Assembly: GCF_009914755.1 (NCBI RefSeq) | Contig: NC_060927.1 | From: the human T2T-CHM13v2.0 reference genome, Homo sapiens | Strand: one strand, 5' to 3' | DNA: 64,000 bases | Shown: piece after piece, positions 17,541-35,093 of the stretch | Position numbering within the stretch: position 1 is the first letter of the stretch | How the letters are laid out: every line of letters starts with the position of its first letter | Notes under the pieces: model-generated | The model's input: the letters and a program-made list of their open reading frames with translations, nothing else | Database searches by the model: none | Told to the model about the DNA's origin: nothing | Translations under genes and position numbers: made by a program

Positions 17541-17843
17541 TGACAAAAATACCTGATTTCTTGAAACCAAGTACTACGAAGATTATATTTTGTAACAATA
17601 CTGACCCTATAACCTTTATTTCCTTTTTTACTCAGTTTATTTCCCATCTATTTTGTCATCAATAATTGAATAACTTAATAAATAAAGTAGATTATCCAGA
17701 CCTCAATAAATGTACATAACAAAACAAATTGTGCTGAGGACTACCCAGCTGTAACAAGCTATGTTTCTTATTAAGGGAAGAGCCACAGGTGGTGACAACT
17801 GAATCTAAGACTAAATACAGTGTGTTTTTAGAATCTGATGGAA

Positions 17844-18045
17844 CCAGTGGTGTGCTGGTAAATGTTTAACAACTAGCTCTCTAAAGAAAGAAAAGAGCCC
17901 TGATTTATGGTGTTTGTTGATTTTCATGGTATACATACTCCCACCACAGCCATTTTCAAGCCGACAACATGAAATCAGAGTTGGAAAGAAATGCTACACT
18001 TGGCTCTCAGGACTCAATAGGAGCTAATCCCATCATATCACTTGG
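17844..18045. mobile_element. MER63-like hAT DNA transposon
   Basis: Begins CCAGTGGTGTGCTGGTAAATGTTTAACAAC; degenerate opposite TIR at CATCATATCACTTGG. Confidence 0.65.
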
Positions 18046-19401
18046 TAAAAGATTCACAAAATGGGGTCTCCTTTTCACAAAACTGCTAAAAATAAATTCG
18101 AAGTCTGATCTAATATAACGATTTACATACAGAAGAAAGGAATTCTGTGACAGATGTTGATATATAAAGCCCTCATAAAACAATAGGGATGGCATTTCAA
18201 AGGCTTTTGGAAAATAGGAAGTTCAAGACAACAGCTTTGGTGACAGAGGTGGATGTTACCATTATTTTCCTTCTTCCAGATGTCATCTAACGTATAATTT
18301 TTTTGAATTAACATTCATAAATCTTAAAAAGTAAAAATCTTTTACTTCAAATCTTAAAAAGTAAAAAAATGTGTTATTCAATATTATCAGGGAATAAGTA
18401 TTTTACAGAAGCAATTTTTTTAACAAGTTCAATCCTCTGATCAAAAAATGTTTAAATATTTTTCTAATCATATCACACAAAATTTTAGGGAAAATGTAAC
18501 AATTCTCTGACTTACACAATGCATAATGGATGTCATTACATTACTGGTTCTTCTTTTAGGACATTAAAAAAGATTTTGGACTGGTCTGTAAAACACTGCA
18601 GTGCACTGAGGAACTATTTAAATAAATTGAGCTGTGGGAGGCCCCCCTTCCCACTGTTGTGTTCTTGAGTATTTAGGTTGGCTTTTTATATTTCTCCCTT
18701 CCTTTCATCCTTTCTGCCTGCTGTGAGCTGTCACTTGCTGTCTGAGTCACAGCCTCTGGCTATTTCACTGCCTCCTCCCATTTCTAATTTGCTGCTTCTA
18801 ACCTGCCAAGGGCTAGGAAACAAAGCAGTTAGCCCACCTTCTTTGCCTTATGTATAAGACAGACTCAGAGAGAGGGCCTTGGAGGCTTTCCTATGAGGAA
18901 AGGGCAACGATTTAAGTCCATCAAAGTTGACATCTAGTTTCCCATTGGAACTTAATCTGTACATTTCCTAAAACAAAGAAAACATACTAGTGTGCCCATG
19001 ATCCTATGCAGTTGAACTTGGGGCTGAGATCTATATTGTTCACAAATTGACTAAGATATTACAATCGTCTCTCATCTTACAATACTTTGAAATATTGAGT
19101 GACTTTTTTCCTATCTCAGGACATCTCCAAGAATAGACTTGTCCCACTAATTAGAGTTGGATTCCTGACATGAAATCTGTTACCTTTGCTTCCTTCTATT
19201 CAGGGTTGTCTACTGCCTCTGACTTGTCATCTATAGTCACACAGAGAAAGACAACTCTGCTTAATAATTTGAGATCTCTCTGTCTCAGTCTTTTTCCCCA
19301 CTTAGGTAAAATTTACATACAGAAATGCACACATCCTAAGTATACAATTTAATGAATTTTGATCAATGTACACACCTAAATATTCATCACTCCAATCATG
19401 A

Positions 19402-19716
<315 letters not shown>

Positions 19717-20320
19717 ATGATAAAAACATTCTATCTATCAACCGAGAAAGTTCTCTGTGCCCCTTCCAGTCACTTTCCACCTCTCACAGGCAATCACTGT
19801 TCTAAACCTGTTCTCTGAATTTTGCCTCTGGTTTTTCTGGCTCAACATACAGTTTTTGGGATTTAGCCATCTTGTTCTTTGGATCAATGGTTCATTCCTT
19901 TTTATTGCTAAATACTTATCCAGTGTATAACATACCACAATTTGCATATCCATTCCATTGTTGATGGATACCTTTCCAGCTTAGAAGTAGTATGAATAAT
20001 GCTCTGTAAACATTCTTATATAAATCTGTGTGTGAACATAAGTTTTTATTTCTTTTAGGTAAATATCTAGAAGATAACCTGCTGGATCATGAGGTAAGTG
20101 AATATTTAACTTTTTTTTTCTCAACATTTTGTTATGAAATTTTTCAAACATACAGAAAAAAAGAAAGGAACTGTACAATGGACAATTATTGTCCCAATAC
20201 CCACCACCTAAATTCTACAAGTAGCATTTTGCTAATTTACTTTATCGTGTATCCATTCTCTCATTCATCCATCAACCCATCTTATTTTTTAATGCATTCC
20301 AAAGTAAGTTGTACCCATCA

Positions 20321-20644
<324 letters not shown>

Positions 20645-22239
20645 GCATATTACTAATGACAGCTCAATATTTGTTTACAGATTTTTTAGGTAAATATATA
20701 TATTTGTTCATGTTGTTGTTAGGTTGTATGAATTCTTTATATATTCTGTCAGACATAAGTATTTAAATATTTTCTCCCATTCTGTGGCTTGCCTTTTCAT
20801 TTTCTTAACAATGTCTTTTGATGAGCAGAAATTTTCATTTTGATGAAGTCCAATTTACTAATTTTTAATGGTTAATATTTTCTCTGTTTTATCTAAGAAA
20901 CTGTTGCCAATTCCAAGATCACAAAGATATTTTTCATTTTCTTTTGGAGGCATTATATTTTTAGCCTTTACATTGAGTACACAGATTTTAAAAGCATTTT
21001 TTAAATTTATTTTTATTTTTTCCAGATTTTTTTAGGATATAATTGACAAGTAAAAAATGAATATATTTAAGGTGCACAATGCGATGTTTTGGTATACGTG
21101 GACATTGTGAAGTGGTTGCAACAATTAAGTTAAATAACATATCTGTCACCTCACATAGTTACCTTTGTGTGTGTGTGTGTGTGTTTGATGAGCATAAAAT
21201 CTATCTGGCAGCAAAGGCATTTTCTAAAGTCCAGAAAATGCCACTAATATATGCATTAATAATATACAAAAAACCAGTAACTAACTTTATTATGTTAACT
21301 TATCTTTTCTTTTCTCTGTTGAACTATTTATTTACATACCTAAACTCTACTCAAACTGCTGTTGTAAAAAACAAGGAGGAATTAGTTTCTCTTCATCTCT
21401 AACACCAGAAGAAGATCCATTTTGTAGTCTTATTGCTCTGTTGAATGACTGTCGCCTGGTTTGTGGGCAGACTGGAAGCAGGAGTTCTCTCTGTTTTGGC
21501 CACAGTACCCAGGGATACATGCAGCGTACTCAGATACAGGATTGGTTAAGGCAGAGTGCTGAAAAGGTGTTGCTTGACTAGTCTGCCTACTTTGCATACG
21601 AGAATTTGGACTAAAATTGTCACTCTAAGTCTCCTGGATCAGCTATGAATCCTTAACAATAGTATCTCAAAATTCAGAACCTTATGAAGCTTTATTAATG
21701 ATGACAGTACACTATGGAATGTGTTTGGTAAACAGAGAGGGAGAAATCACATTAAAATAGACAATATGTTTCTTCACCAAGGTCTCTAGCTTTCTTCACT
21801 GAGGAACTGTGAAAGGTTTTCACCAGTCACCAGTCTAAGGGAACTCCTCTCTTTCTCTCTCTCTCTCAGATTTTTCCCCCGTTTCCATCGTTCCATTGTC
21901 TATTGAACCTTTTCTCAGAATCCTGCACTAGTTAGTTAGTGCAGGAACAATTACTTCCTTGTGTTCAGTCATTTAACACCAACTGCGGAGAGAGCTCCGG
22001 CTCTCTGTGTGCAGGTGCTCAAAGCTCAGGGCTTTTGCTTTTTTTTTTTTGACTCTTCACCAAACCTCTTTTCCATAACTCTAGCTACTCTCGTTATTAA
22101 TTTTACAGAGCAAAAGGAGACTCCTTGTTGTCTCCAGCACACTCCATACAATTCCTGCCATAGCAGCTTGGTTCTTGACCTATCCTGTAGGCTTCTTTAA
22201 GCTATGGCAGTGGGAAGAATTACGTACCTCACTTTAGCC

Positions 22240-22385
22240 TTTTGTTTTGTTTTGTTTTGTTTTTTTGTAGAGATGAGCTCTCGCTTTATAACCCGGGCTG
22301 GTCTTGAACTTCTGGCCTCAAGCAAGCATCCTGTCTCAGCCTCCCAAAGTGCTGACATTACAGGCATGAGCCACTCACTTTGGCC
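22240..22385 (-). mobile_element. FLAM/Alu monomer
   Basis: Single monomer GTAGAGATGAG...CTCCCAAAGTGCTGACATTACAGGCATGAGCCAC with a (TTTTG)n tail. Confidence 0.8.
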
Positions 22386-25317
22386 TTTGATAGAAGAAAA
22401 CAGCTTCTAGATAGTCCAGATTTAACGTGAATTGAGAGAGCTGTGGGACTTTGTATTTTCTGGAGTGTCACTTTTCTTGCCTTCTTGATTCCTGAAGCTT
22501 TGCCTGTTGCTGTATTCCAGTTCAGTCCCTTAGTACACAGCTTGCATAGGCTACTATGATTTGCCTAAAATCAGAAAATACTTACATTTAAAATGTATAT
22601 ACATGCTTTTAAGAAATGCATTCTCAGTATGTTAAATAATCAGATGAACTAAAATGTTTACTTTTTAAACTGTTGTTTTGGCTTCTTACCACGTTGAAAT
22701 GCTTATCATTTTAATTTATGCAAGTTAGTAACTCTCACTCCACAACCAGCTTACTCTAAAAATATGAACATTATACCAAAGTCAGTAAATGCAATAGTTT
22801 TTTTTTTTTTTTGCATGAGAATTCTTGGAAAAACATTTTAATCACCTAAAATATCATTAATTTAAAACTAATTAGACTAAATAAGATTTGGCAAATTTCT
22901 GCCCTTCAGACAAATCGTTCATATTTTTCGTAATTTGTTCGTGCATGTTACCATGGAGACAGTGAAGTCAAAACACACCAGCTAGTGCATTGTTCAGCTC
23001 TGGACTTCCTACTATAGATTTGATTAAGTAATCTGGCCTGCTCATTTTGAGAATCTGAGAACATAGCATTGTCTCTTTAGTAAAAGCATGGTCAGCATTC
23101 AGACGTAATCAATAAGGCAATAAGAATTAGGTGTTACATGTAATCATTGCCCTTTTTTATGTGATAAAATAAGGAAAAGGTAAATCACTTACTTCAATCA
23201 GTTATTTATGTGGTAAATGCAATGCCTCTGATTCATTCCTCAGAGAAGTGGGCTTGATCTTATAAAAGGAATGAAAAAAAAAACTGCTTATTTGGTAAAT
23301 GAGACAGGTGGCCTTTTTGACTAAAGCACCAAATAAGGCATTTTTGGGACTCATTTCCTTTGCAGATGCATTGAATATTATTCTCCATCTTCCTGCCTTA
23401 CACAATACTTGGAACAATAGAAAAATGCACCTCTTTTTCAATGAAGCGTACTTGTCGTCTAATGATTTTGTCTTTACAAGCCCCTTTTATGACATGCTGT
23501 CTTGTAGAAATGTTACTTTCATCCTACTGGGCTTCGTCTAGAAGGTCAATATGGTTATGGTTTCTACATTCTGTTTCTTTTACTGTGAAAACTGGCAAAA
23601 AAAAAAAAAAAAAAAAAAAAAAGGCACTCCTATGCTTTGATTTAATCCACTTCCAGAAGGACAGATGTTATCAGTGGCCAGAAAAGGTAGGTTATGCGTA
23701 TGTAAGGATCCCCTCCCCACCATTTCATAAGGACACAGAAAGAGAAATGTCTTAGGTGTGTTTTAAAAACAAAAATGAATTGTATGAATCACCGGAGAAT
23801 AATCAGAAACCGTCCTATTCCAACCTTTATGCATCACCAACAAAACAAAATTGGTCATTTTTAAGAAATCTTCATTTTCTTTGAGTCTAAGCACACCTAT
23901 GGAATTTTGAAGCTGACCAATAAGAGTGATTTGGCTTCCGAGCAAGGGTTTTATTCAGGAACAGGCAAATCACTCAAGCAGCTGAATAATTCCAGTGACT
24001 TGTATAAAAAAAATTCCTGCTGTAGCAAACAATGAAATTATTGCATTGCAAGTACAGAAAAGACTAACTCTTTAGGTTTTCCTACTTGACTCTATATGGA
24101 ACATATTTCAATAATAGTTTGTTAATGTACTTCTTTCCAATAATTAAAATATGAATATTTAACCATATAATTACATTTCATCTCAGCAGAGAGATTTGCG
24201 GGTATAATTTCTACATAATTCTTAAAGTATGGACCAATCTTTGCGATTTCAGAAATGATCTCTCTCTCATAGCATTTAACTTGAAACATATACCAGATGT
24301 CTGTGGCATGCATCTAGGCATAGTTAATCTGTAAATACTACTTAGAGGGTGCGCCAATGGACAAAGAGCTATCACTTCAAATCTTACCAAATGGTCTGTT
24401 CGGGAGCACAGATACGGAGCAGGCTTCCTCCCCAAAAATGCTGGTTTGTAGGCGGAGCTTGGGGACTGTTTCCCTGCCTTGGGGAAGCCTTGGCCCTCCC
24501 CTCCAAGGAAAGCCAGGACAGATGGGCAGTGTATTTGACAAGGAACCCCTGCATCCTCGCTTCAACGCCCTTCTACTCTACTTTAAAAGCAGTACTGTAT
24601 TTTTTAAGTGTTGTAACTGGCAGCTCTGCCGGCACTGGCTGCAGCTGAACAATCCTCCATTCAAATCAAGCCGCCCAAACCCAGATTCAGTGGAAAGTTG
24701 TGATGGAGCACACAGAGGGAGGCCTCTCTGCTCTCCACTGCGCGGAGGGTGAGGGTTATGTCAGGCGCCCCGAAGATTCCAGAGGGAAGAATTCGGCAGA
24801 GTTTTTATACAGCATCTATTATACCAGTTTCACAAGGAGGATTTACCAACTGGAAAGAGAAAAGTTTACCTTAGTTGGCTTCCTTTTGCTGGTGCCACCA
24901 GGGTCTGAGCCTCCCCAAATCTCCCTCAAGTAGGAGGCTTTAGTCTCTCTTCCTCGCTTGGAGGCCTCTACAACCACGCCAGATTTTGTAGCCCTGACAT
25001 TTCTAAGTAAACATCAGCATAAAGTGTCCCTTATGAGGGAGCCAGTGCAGGGCTGGAGAGGAGAGATAAAGGAGCGTTTGCAAGCATGGTGAGGCAAGTT
25101 GCAGCAAGGCAAGAAGAGAAAGAAGAGTGAAAAGGGGAGAAGAAAAGATAGGTGGAATCTGCTAATGAGTTGAAGGCTTTTTCTTGGGCAAATGGCATCT
25201 GCTTAATTTTCTAGGAGCTGATGCATTACCTTCCCTTGATGTAAATTACCTTCTAACAACAACACATACACATACACCCCTCTCTTCATTAGCCCACACA
25301 AAGCTCAGTGTAGACCC

Positions 25318-25777
25318 TATATTAGCTTCCTAAGGCTGTCCTACCAAAAAATCAAAACCTAGGTGGCTTGAAACAAGAGAAGGTTGTTATCTTACAGTTT
25401 TGGAGACTAGAAGTGAGAAATCAAGGCATTGGCAAGGCCAGATTCTCTCTAGGGGCCAAGACTTTCTGGCCTCTTCTAGCTCTGGCGTTTCCCAGCATCC
25501 CTGGTGCTCCTTGGCCTGTGGATGCGTCGCTCCAATCACATGGCATCTTCTCCGTGTCCTCACCTCATCTTTACTGTGTGTGTGTCTGTCTCTGTGTCCA
25601 AATTTCTCCTTTTCATACAGACATCAGTCATATAGGATTAGGACCTACACTAACGACCTCATTTTAACTTGATTATCTCTGTAATGACCCTATTTCCAAA
25701 TAAGGTCACATTCTGAGGTAACAGAGGGTTAGGACTTCAATGTATCTTTCTTGGGTGATATAATTCAACCCATAACA
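25318..25777 (-). mobile_element. MLT1 (MLT1C-like) solo LTR, ERVL-MaLR
   Basis: 460 bp, ends TATATTAGCTTCC...AATTCAACCCATAACA; 5-bp TSD GACCC at 25313-25317 and 25778-25782. Confidence 0.88.
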
Positions 25778-26083
25778 GACCCCTATTTGGAAAGCACTTC
25801 CCACTGCTCTGTGCTTACCTCCTCAAAAGTAGCCCACTGCAACACAGGAAGGAAAAGGAACTTCTCAAGGGAGATGAAGCTCTAGATCGGACTACAGTAG
25901 TAGAAAAACAGGATAAGACTAGTTTCTCTAGCCCCCAGAAGTATGTAGAAAAAAGGTATCAGGGAGATATTGATCGCTCATCTGTTGAGGACTCACTATG
26001 TACCAGGTCTATGCTGGGTACTTTCATAATCATGAGGTGTCTAAAAGCTGGATCAGACAGTTCCTTTTAAATTTGCCTTTTTT

Positions 26084-26600
<517 letters not shown>

Positions 26601-26922
26601 TTTCAATGTGGCCTGCGTATTTGACTTTCTGACATATTTGCAAAAGGGAAATAAATTGAACTTTGGTTAACCCCTATAAGCAGAGCAAAGAAGAGGGCTG
26701 GCAGACCCTGCCTGGAACTCTTCCTTGATTTACACCATTTTCCAGTTATTTTCCGCCAAAACTGGAATAGATTGCACATGAGTAGAGAGTAATCTGTATG
26801 TTACGCACCAAAGTAGCTCTGCCCTTACCAGAGCCTGTGCAGAAAATGGGAATTCAGAGAGAAACGGATATAGCCCCTGCCTTCAAGGAGTTCAGAGACT
26901 TGTGGAAGATGTGGACATATGA

Positions 26923-27282
<360 letters not shown>

Positions 27283-28657
27283 TAAACAAGCACAGGAGGG
27301 ATTTAGGGATGGCTGGCAGCTGAATGTGTCTCAAGATTAGTTTACAAGGCACTTACAGTGGAGGGGTCAGTCCAGGAAGGGAGCCTGTGTTGTGTACCCC
27401 ATGTAACGTGCTGGAAGCCCACAACAGTTTGTAACAGCTACACTGTCAGGTCCTTAGGACAAACGACTCATAAGTATCAAGAAATGAGAGAGATTAGGCT
27501 AGAGCCAGTTTCTTAAGAATCTTGTGTGCTAGACTAAGTAATTTAGGCTTTGTCTTATGGGTAATAAAGGCCCAAAGTTGGTTTTAAGGAAAGAGAGTGA
27601 CAGGAATTGTATTTCTTTTTCATAGGAGATAGAGATTGCATCTGACTGGGACTAAGCAACCCTCGGAAGCACCAAACCTCACCTCCCTTCTCAACACCTG
27701 ACTCCGGCCTAGGGCCTTCCCACTGAGGTAACTGATGTCAGATGACACCCCCAAAACCCAACCAGGCTCCAGATTACACCCTAGGGCTTCCCAGAAGAGC
27801 AGGGCTCCTGAGTGCGAGCTGGAAAACTAGTTTACCTGTGGGAAAATCCAGCTCCAGTACCACAGAGAAAAGCCCCTGACAAATTGCTGAGAGTCAGCAG
27901 GAGGGAGGACCTGACATTTCAGAAAACACTTTTCCTCTCTCTTTGTCCTTCCCGGTGTGTGTCGTTAATTGCGAGGCTGTCTCCATAGCAAAGTCCAAAA
28001 AGCACCTTGGCATGTGTGTGGGAGTGTTATCTGGCAGAGCTGTGTCAAGCCATAGGTACATTTTGAGTTTGATACCCAAGTAAACTTTCCGTGGTTCATG
28101 CCGCCCTCCCCAAAGGTTAAAAGTAATAAGACCGTCTTTGTGCCTTCGCGGTCTGACTTTTCACAGGCTATTATGAAGAGGGTTGGGTGGGGGTAGAATG
28201 TATCCATATAATTTGCATGTTAATGTTTGTTCTATAAATATCCACTGAGAAAGGAAAAAACCACACTTCAAAATATGCTTCAAGAGAACATTTCAGTTTT
28301 TATGATCCAAGTGCCAAGAAGTAAGAAAAAAAGAAATCAACTCATTTTTCATTAATTTATTACAAGTTTCAGATATCGATAGTTATATTCAGAGTTTCAG
28401 TTACAACATCATAATTACATGCTTTTAAAACTCTGAATACAATAAGGAAGTTCAAGAAGAGATTCCTTTAACAGTTTCTATTTCTTCCCTTCCTTCCCTC
28501 AACAAACACGTCTCAACCACTTGAGTTAGCTGCAGGCTCACCAGGCCCCAGACTGTGCAGGATTCTAGGGCTGCTCAACATGGAGCACCTCACCTGCAGG
28601 AGCCTAAATAAAGTTGGCAAGTGCCCATCAATCCTTTTCATAAGAAAAGCAAAGGGA

Positions 28658-29051
<394 letters not shown>

Positions 29052-29519
29052 TCAGGATATGAAGCTTTTCTCCTAAAGGGGACAACAGAAAATTCGTCTT
29101 GAGGAAAATAGTGTGGGGAGTAGGAGTTTGGCTTCTGTCCTCTAAAACTTGCCTGAGAGGGTGGACCTCATGGGCGTTTCCACAGGGTGGCTTATGGGGC
29201 TTTGCTGTTACCTGCTGAATCACCCTCCCACATCCTGGCCTGCCTGCCTGTTCCCCGCCGGGAGTGTCTGCCGGTGACCACACTTACTCAGGGAAAGATG
29301 AAGTCACCACCTGCATGAGTTTCAGGATGGCCAGAGAATGGCCCCTTCAGATAGACTGGAGCCACCCTGGGGAGGTAGGGAGGCTACCTTTTTCTGTGTA
29401 CTTAACCTAACCATTTGGGAAAATCCTGAATATGACTTGGAAGTTCTTCACAGCTTTCTTCACAATTTCCATTCCCTTAATGTCTTGTGAAAAGAGAACT
29501 TCATGTTTCTCTCTATATT

Positions 29520-29523
<4 letters not shown>

Positions 29524-29567
<44 letters not shown>
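29524..29567. repeat. (GT)22 microsatellite
   Basis: Uninterrupted GT run, counted directly. Confidence 0.97.
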
Positions 29568-29571
<4 letters not shown>

Positions 29572-30021
29572 GCACACTGGGGTAGGGGAGTTAACCCCTA
29601 AGCTTTAAAAATAACAACAATAAAAATTACAGTGAGAGTGAAAGCTACTGGGAAGCATAGGTTAGAAAATCTGGATTCTGGGTTCAGTGTTGACCTTGTG
29701 TGACCTGGAAAACACCAGTTGACCTCTGTGAGATGCTTTTCTTCATGGGGATGTGGCATCAGTCTATGGGGACATGCATAGTTGGTATGCATAATGAAAA
29801 GGAGAAAGGTGACCTAAAACATTTTTTGGTAGCAAATACAGAAATGAACTGGGGGAAAGCAGAGACTGGGAGGAAAGGGGAATCAGGACATGGCTTGAAG
29901 AAGAGTGTGCACAATAAAAAGAACCATCAGCACAGAATCAAAGGTAGAATGATGCCCAACACAGTTTTGTCCCAGCTTGATCCAGAACAAGAATAAACAG
30001 TCTTCTGCTGCTGCTAGATCA

Positions 30022-30513
<492 letters not shown>

Positions 30514-31418
30514 TCAATCCAATGCCTACACTAACTCACAGGGTCCTTTTAACTAAAGATATTTATGTATGTTGGATTTTCAACCCAAGAAGCATGCAGA
30601 AGTGATGAGCTTGCTTTTCTTTCTGCCTGTTTCAGAGCAACGTGCGTTACTGTCCTTACCCAGGGTTCTGAGTAACGTGCACATGTCAAAGTCAACAGTG
30701 ACAGATAATTCAAATCAATAAACGTTGATTATACACCTGTTAGATTTTACGCATCACATTGGAGATACAAAAATAAGTAAGATATGGGCCCTGCTCTCAG
30801 AAAGAGGCAGATGTGTAAACAGATAAATTACAATGCAGCACCCTAAATGCCATGACACACCATGATCGGAGCAGGAAGGAGGAGAAAGTGATTAACTCCT
30901 CCTGAGAGGGCTTCACAGGGGTGACAAAAGGTGGATAGAGGGAGGGAAAATTGTATTAAACAGATTCTTGAATTATTTATAGAAGTGTTGTTTTGAAAAA
31001 TGTGGGGAGGGGAGCATTTCAGCGTCAAATAATTTAAGCGGGTTCTTTACTGCAAGATTACTATTTACTTTCATTTGTTACTACTTAGATCATGTGCACA
31101 TATGTATCTACAGATGTAAACGTATCTTACAATTATCACACTAACGATATAAGGTGTTTTACAACCACCTTTCTACAGATTAAGGCAATAGAGGTGCGGA
31201 GAGATTAAGAAACACACCTAAGACACACTAATAAGTGATAGAGGTGAACCAGGAGCTACTCAGTAACATAATAATTAGGGCTTGTGTGTTTCGGTAAAAA
31301 TAAAAATAAAAAAATGCAAGAACAGAGAATGACAATGGTTCTCCTAGCAGTGAAGTTGTGACTTGAATCCTCTCATTTCACAGAGGGAAAGAGAAAATCA
31401 ATAGAAAAGAATATCTTT

Positions 31419-31717
31419 GGGCTGGGCACAGTGGCTCATGCCTGTAATCCTAGCACTATGGGAGGCCAAGGTGAGTGGATCACCTGAGGTCAGGTGTTCG
31501 AGACCAGCCTGGCCAACATGGCGAAACTTCATCTCTACTAAAAATACAAAAATTAGCTGACAATGGTGGCGGGCGCCTGTTATCCTAGCTATTCAGGAGG
31601 CTGAGGCAAAAGAATCACTTAAACCCAGGAGGCGGAGGTTGCAGTGAGTTGAGATCAAACCACTGCACTCCAGCCTGGGTGACAGAGCCAGACTCCAAGA
31701 CTCCATCTCAAAAAAAG
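31419..31717 (+). mobile_element. Alu (AluSx-like)
   Basis: Full Alu; TSD AAAAGAATATCTTT. Confidence 0.92.
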
Positions 31718-32130
31718 AAAAGAATATCTTTTTGGCATATATTAACTGGAGAAGACATGTTAATAAATATGTGTCGAGCAAATTCCAAATAGTCTTCTTC
31801 AAGATCAAATTCAAAGGTGAAATCAACAAGTGTGTCCATTTGTATGATAGGATTGGTAGGTGTTTGGCGATAAACAAATGACACTTTGCAGGGTTTTAGG
31901 TGTTCGGTATGATGTAAGCTTTAGAAATAAGGCAATCTACTCCTGAAGCTTAGATATAAGACCCATCTGAATGGGAAAATGAGAACTGTTGACTGTATGC
32001 TGTAGAAATACTCTTGAGTAAACTAAGGATAAAATTCCACCAAATCTTTAGAAATGAACTGTTGCTAGTTCTAATAGGAAAGCATGGGCCTGTTATAAAA
32101 GAGAGGGCTTTAAAAATAGTAATAGTTTCT

Positions 32131-32720
<590 letters not shown>

Positions 32721-32844
32721 AGATAACTACTGTAATAATTACTGTATTATATATTCTTGTGAGATCAGAGAGGAGGAAAAGGTTGATTCTTTCTGGAAGG
32801 AGTAATCAGATGGGTTCACAGAAGAAAAATATTTATGGTGCCCA

Positions 32845-33535
32845 GTAGGATGGCTGTAATTTTTTAAAAAGAAAAAAAATAATGACAAGTGTTGGCAGGA
32901 ATGTGAAGAAATTAGAACCCTTATACATTGCTGGTGGGAATGCATGGTGCGGCCACTTTGGAAAACAGTTTACAATTCCTCAAGAATTTAAGCATAGAGG
33001 TACCATACCATCCAGCAATTCCTCTCCAAGATATATGCCCAAGAGAAAAGAAAATATTTCCACAATAAAACTAGTACTTGTTACTAAAAGTGTTATTCGT
33101 AACAGCCAAAAAGCAGAAACAACCCAAATGCCCATCAGTTGATGAATGGATAAACAATATCAAAATGTGGTATATCCATACAATGGAATATTATTTATCC
33201 ATAAGAAGGAAGAACTGATATATGCTGCAACGTGGATGAATCTTGACAATGTTATGCTAAGTCACAAAAGGCTACATATCATATGATTCTATTGACATGA
33301 AAGACCCAGCATAGGAAAATCCGTGGAGACTGAAAGTAGTGGTCACCAGGGGCTGAGTGGAGGGGGAAGGGGGAGTGCCTGCTACGGGATACCGGGTTTC
33401 TTTAGGGGTGACAGAATGTTCTAGAGTTAGATCATGGTGATGGTTGCACAACAGTTTAAATGTACTAAAAGCCACAGAATTTTCACTGTAAAATGGTGAA
33501 TTTTATGTTATGTGAAGTATTACTCATATTAAAAA
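32845..33535 (+). mobile_element. L1MB-type 3' fragment
   Basis: ACAAGTGTTGGCAGGAATGTGAAGAAATTAGAACCCTTATACATTGCTGGTGGGAATG...AAAATGGTGAATTTTATGTTATGTGA. Confidence 0.85.
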
Positions 33536-34016
33536 ATTTAAGGTGGGATTTCAAAGAAAAGGAAGGATAGACCGGGCAAAGCAGGGAGAACAGGGCACCC
33601 AGTCTGGGGGAAGGCCTAGGGTCAAAGTTCAAAAGCAATAACATCCAAAGTTTGTTCAAAAATGGGGAGAATCTGGTGGAGATACAGCCTCAAGGCTACA
33701 CTACTCAAACTGTGGTCAGTGGACTGTGAATTGTTTGTTACATTTTGTGAACATGTAAATGAAGAAATCCGAAGTAAATTGTAAAAACATTAGCTACTTA
33801 CTGTGCACTCAGTCAGTGGCCTCCTCTCTTTACATGGGATACAGACCATGTAGAGCTCACATGGTGAACTGCATGTTGCTCAAGTTACACACTAGTTATG
33901 CACAATAGAAGCACATATCGGACCTCCACAGAATGGAAATGAAAACAGCTCGTCCTTTACTTTATATACTTTGAGAAGCACTGTCATGCAGAATGCATTA
34001 TAAAAAGTAATAGGCA

Positions 34017-34378
<362 letters not shown>

Positions 34379-34382
34379 TTAG

Positions 34383-34691
<309 letters not shown>

Positions 34692-35020
34692 TAGGTTGTG
34701 CCTAATTATGCACCATCATTGTGAATTGTGGCACTTCTAAGTATGGATTGTCTTTTAGAAGTAGAGAAAACAGAGTAAATGGGTAATTGCAGGGAAAAGA
34801 AAATCTTAAAACAAACACAAACCCCTGAAAAACAAGTCAGGGGATATCTACTCCACGGAATCAAAAAAAAAGTCTATGGAATAATCAAAAGAGGTTACAA
34901 AAAAGGCACATAGCACACTAATCAACATGTAAAGGATTGTTTATATTTACTGAATGAATAAAAGAAATCAGAACAGGCCCCCCCAGGATGGAAACAGAAT
35001 TGAGGGCTAGGTTAACGGCA

Positions 35021-35093
35021 GAGGCAAGAGGGCAGTAGGAAATCTCACAGCTCACATGAGGCCAGAGGGCAATAGGAAATCTCACAGCTCACA
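35021..35093. repeat. Two-copy 37-bp tandem duplication
   Basis: GAGGC(A/C)AGAGGGCA(G/A)TAGGAAATCTCACAGCTCACA at 35021 and 35058. Confidence 0.9.
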
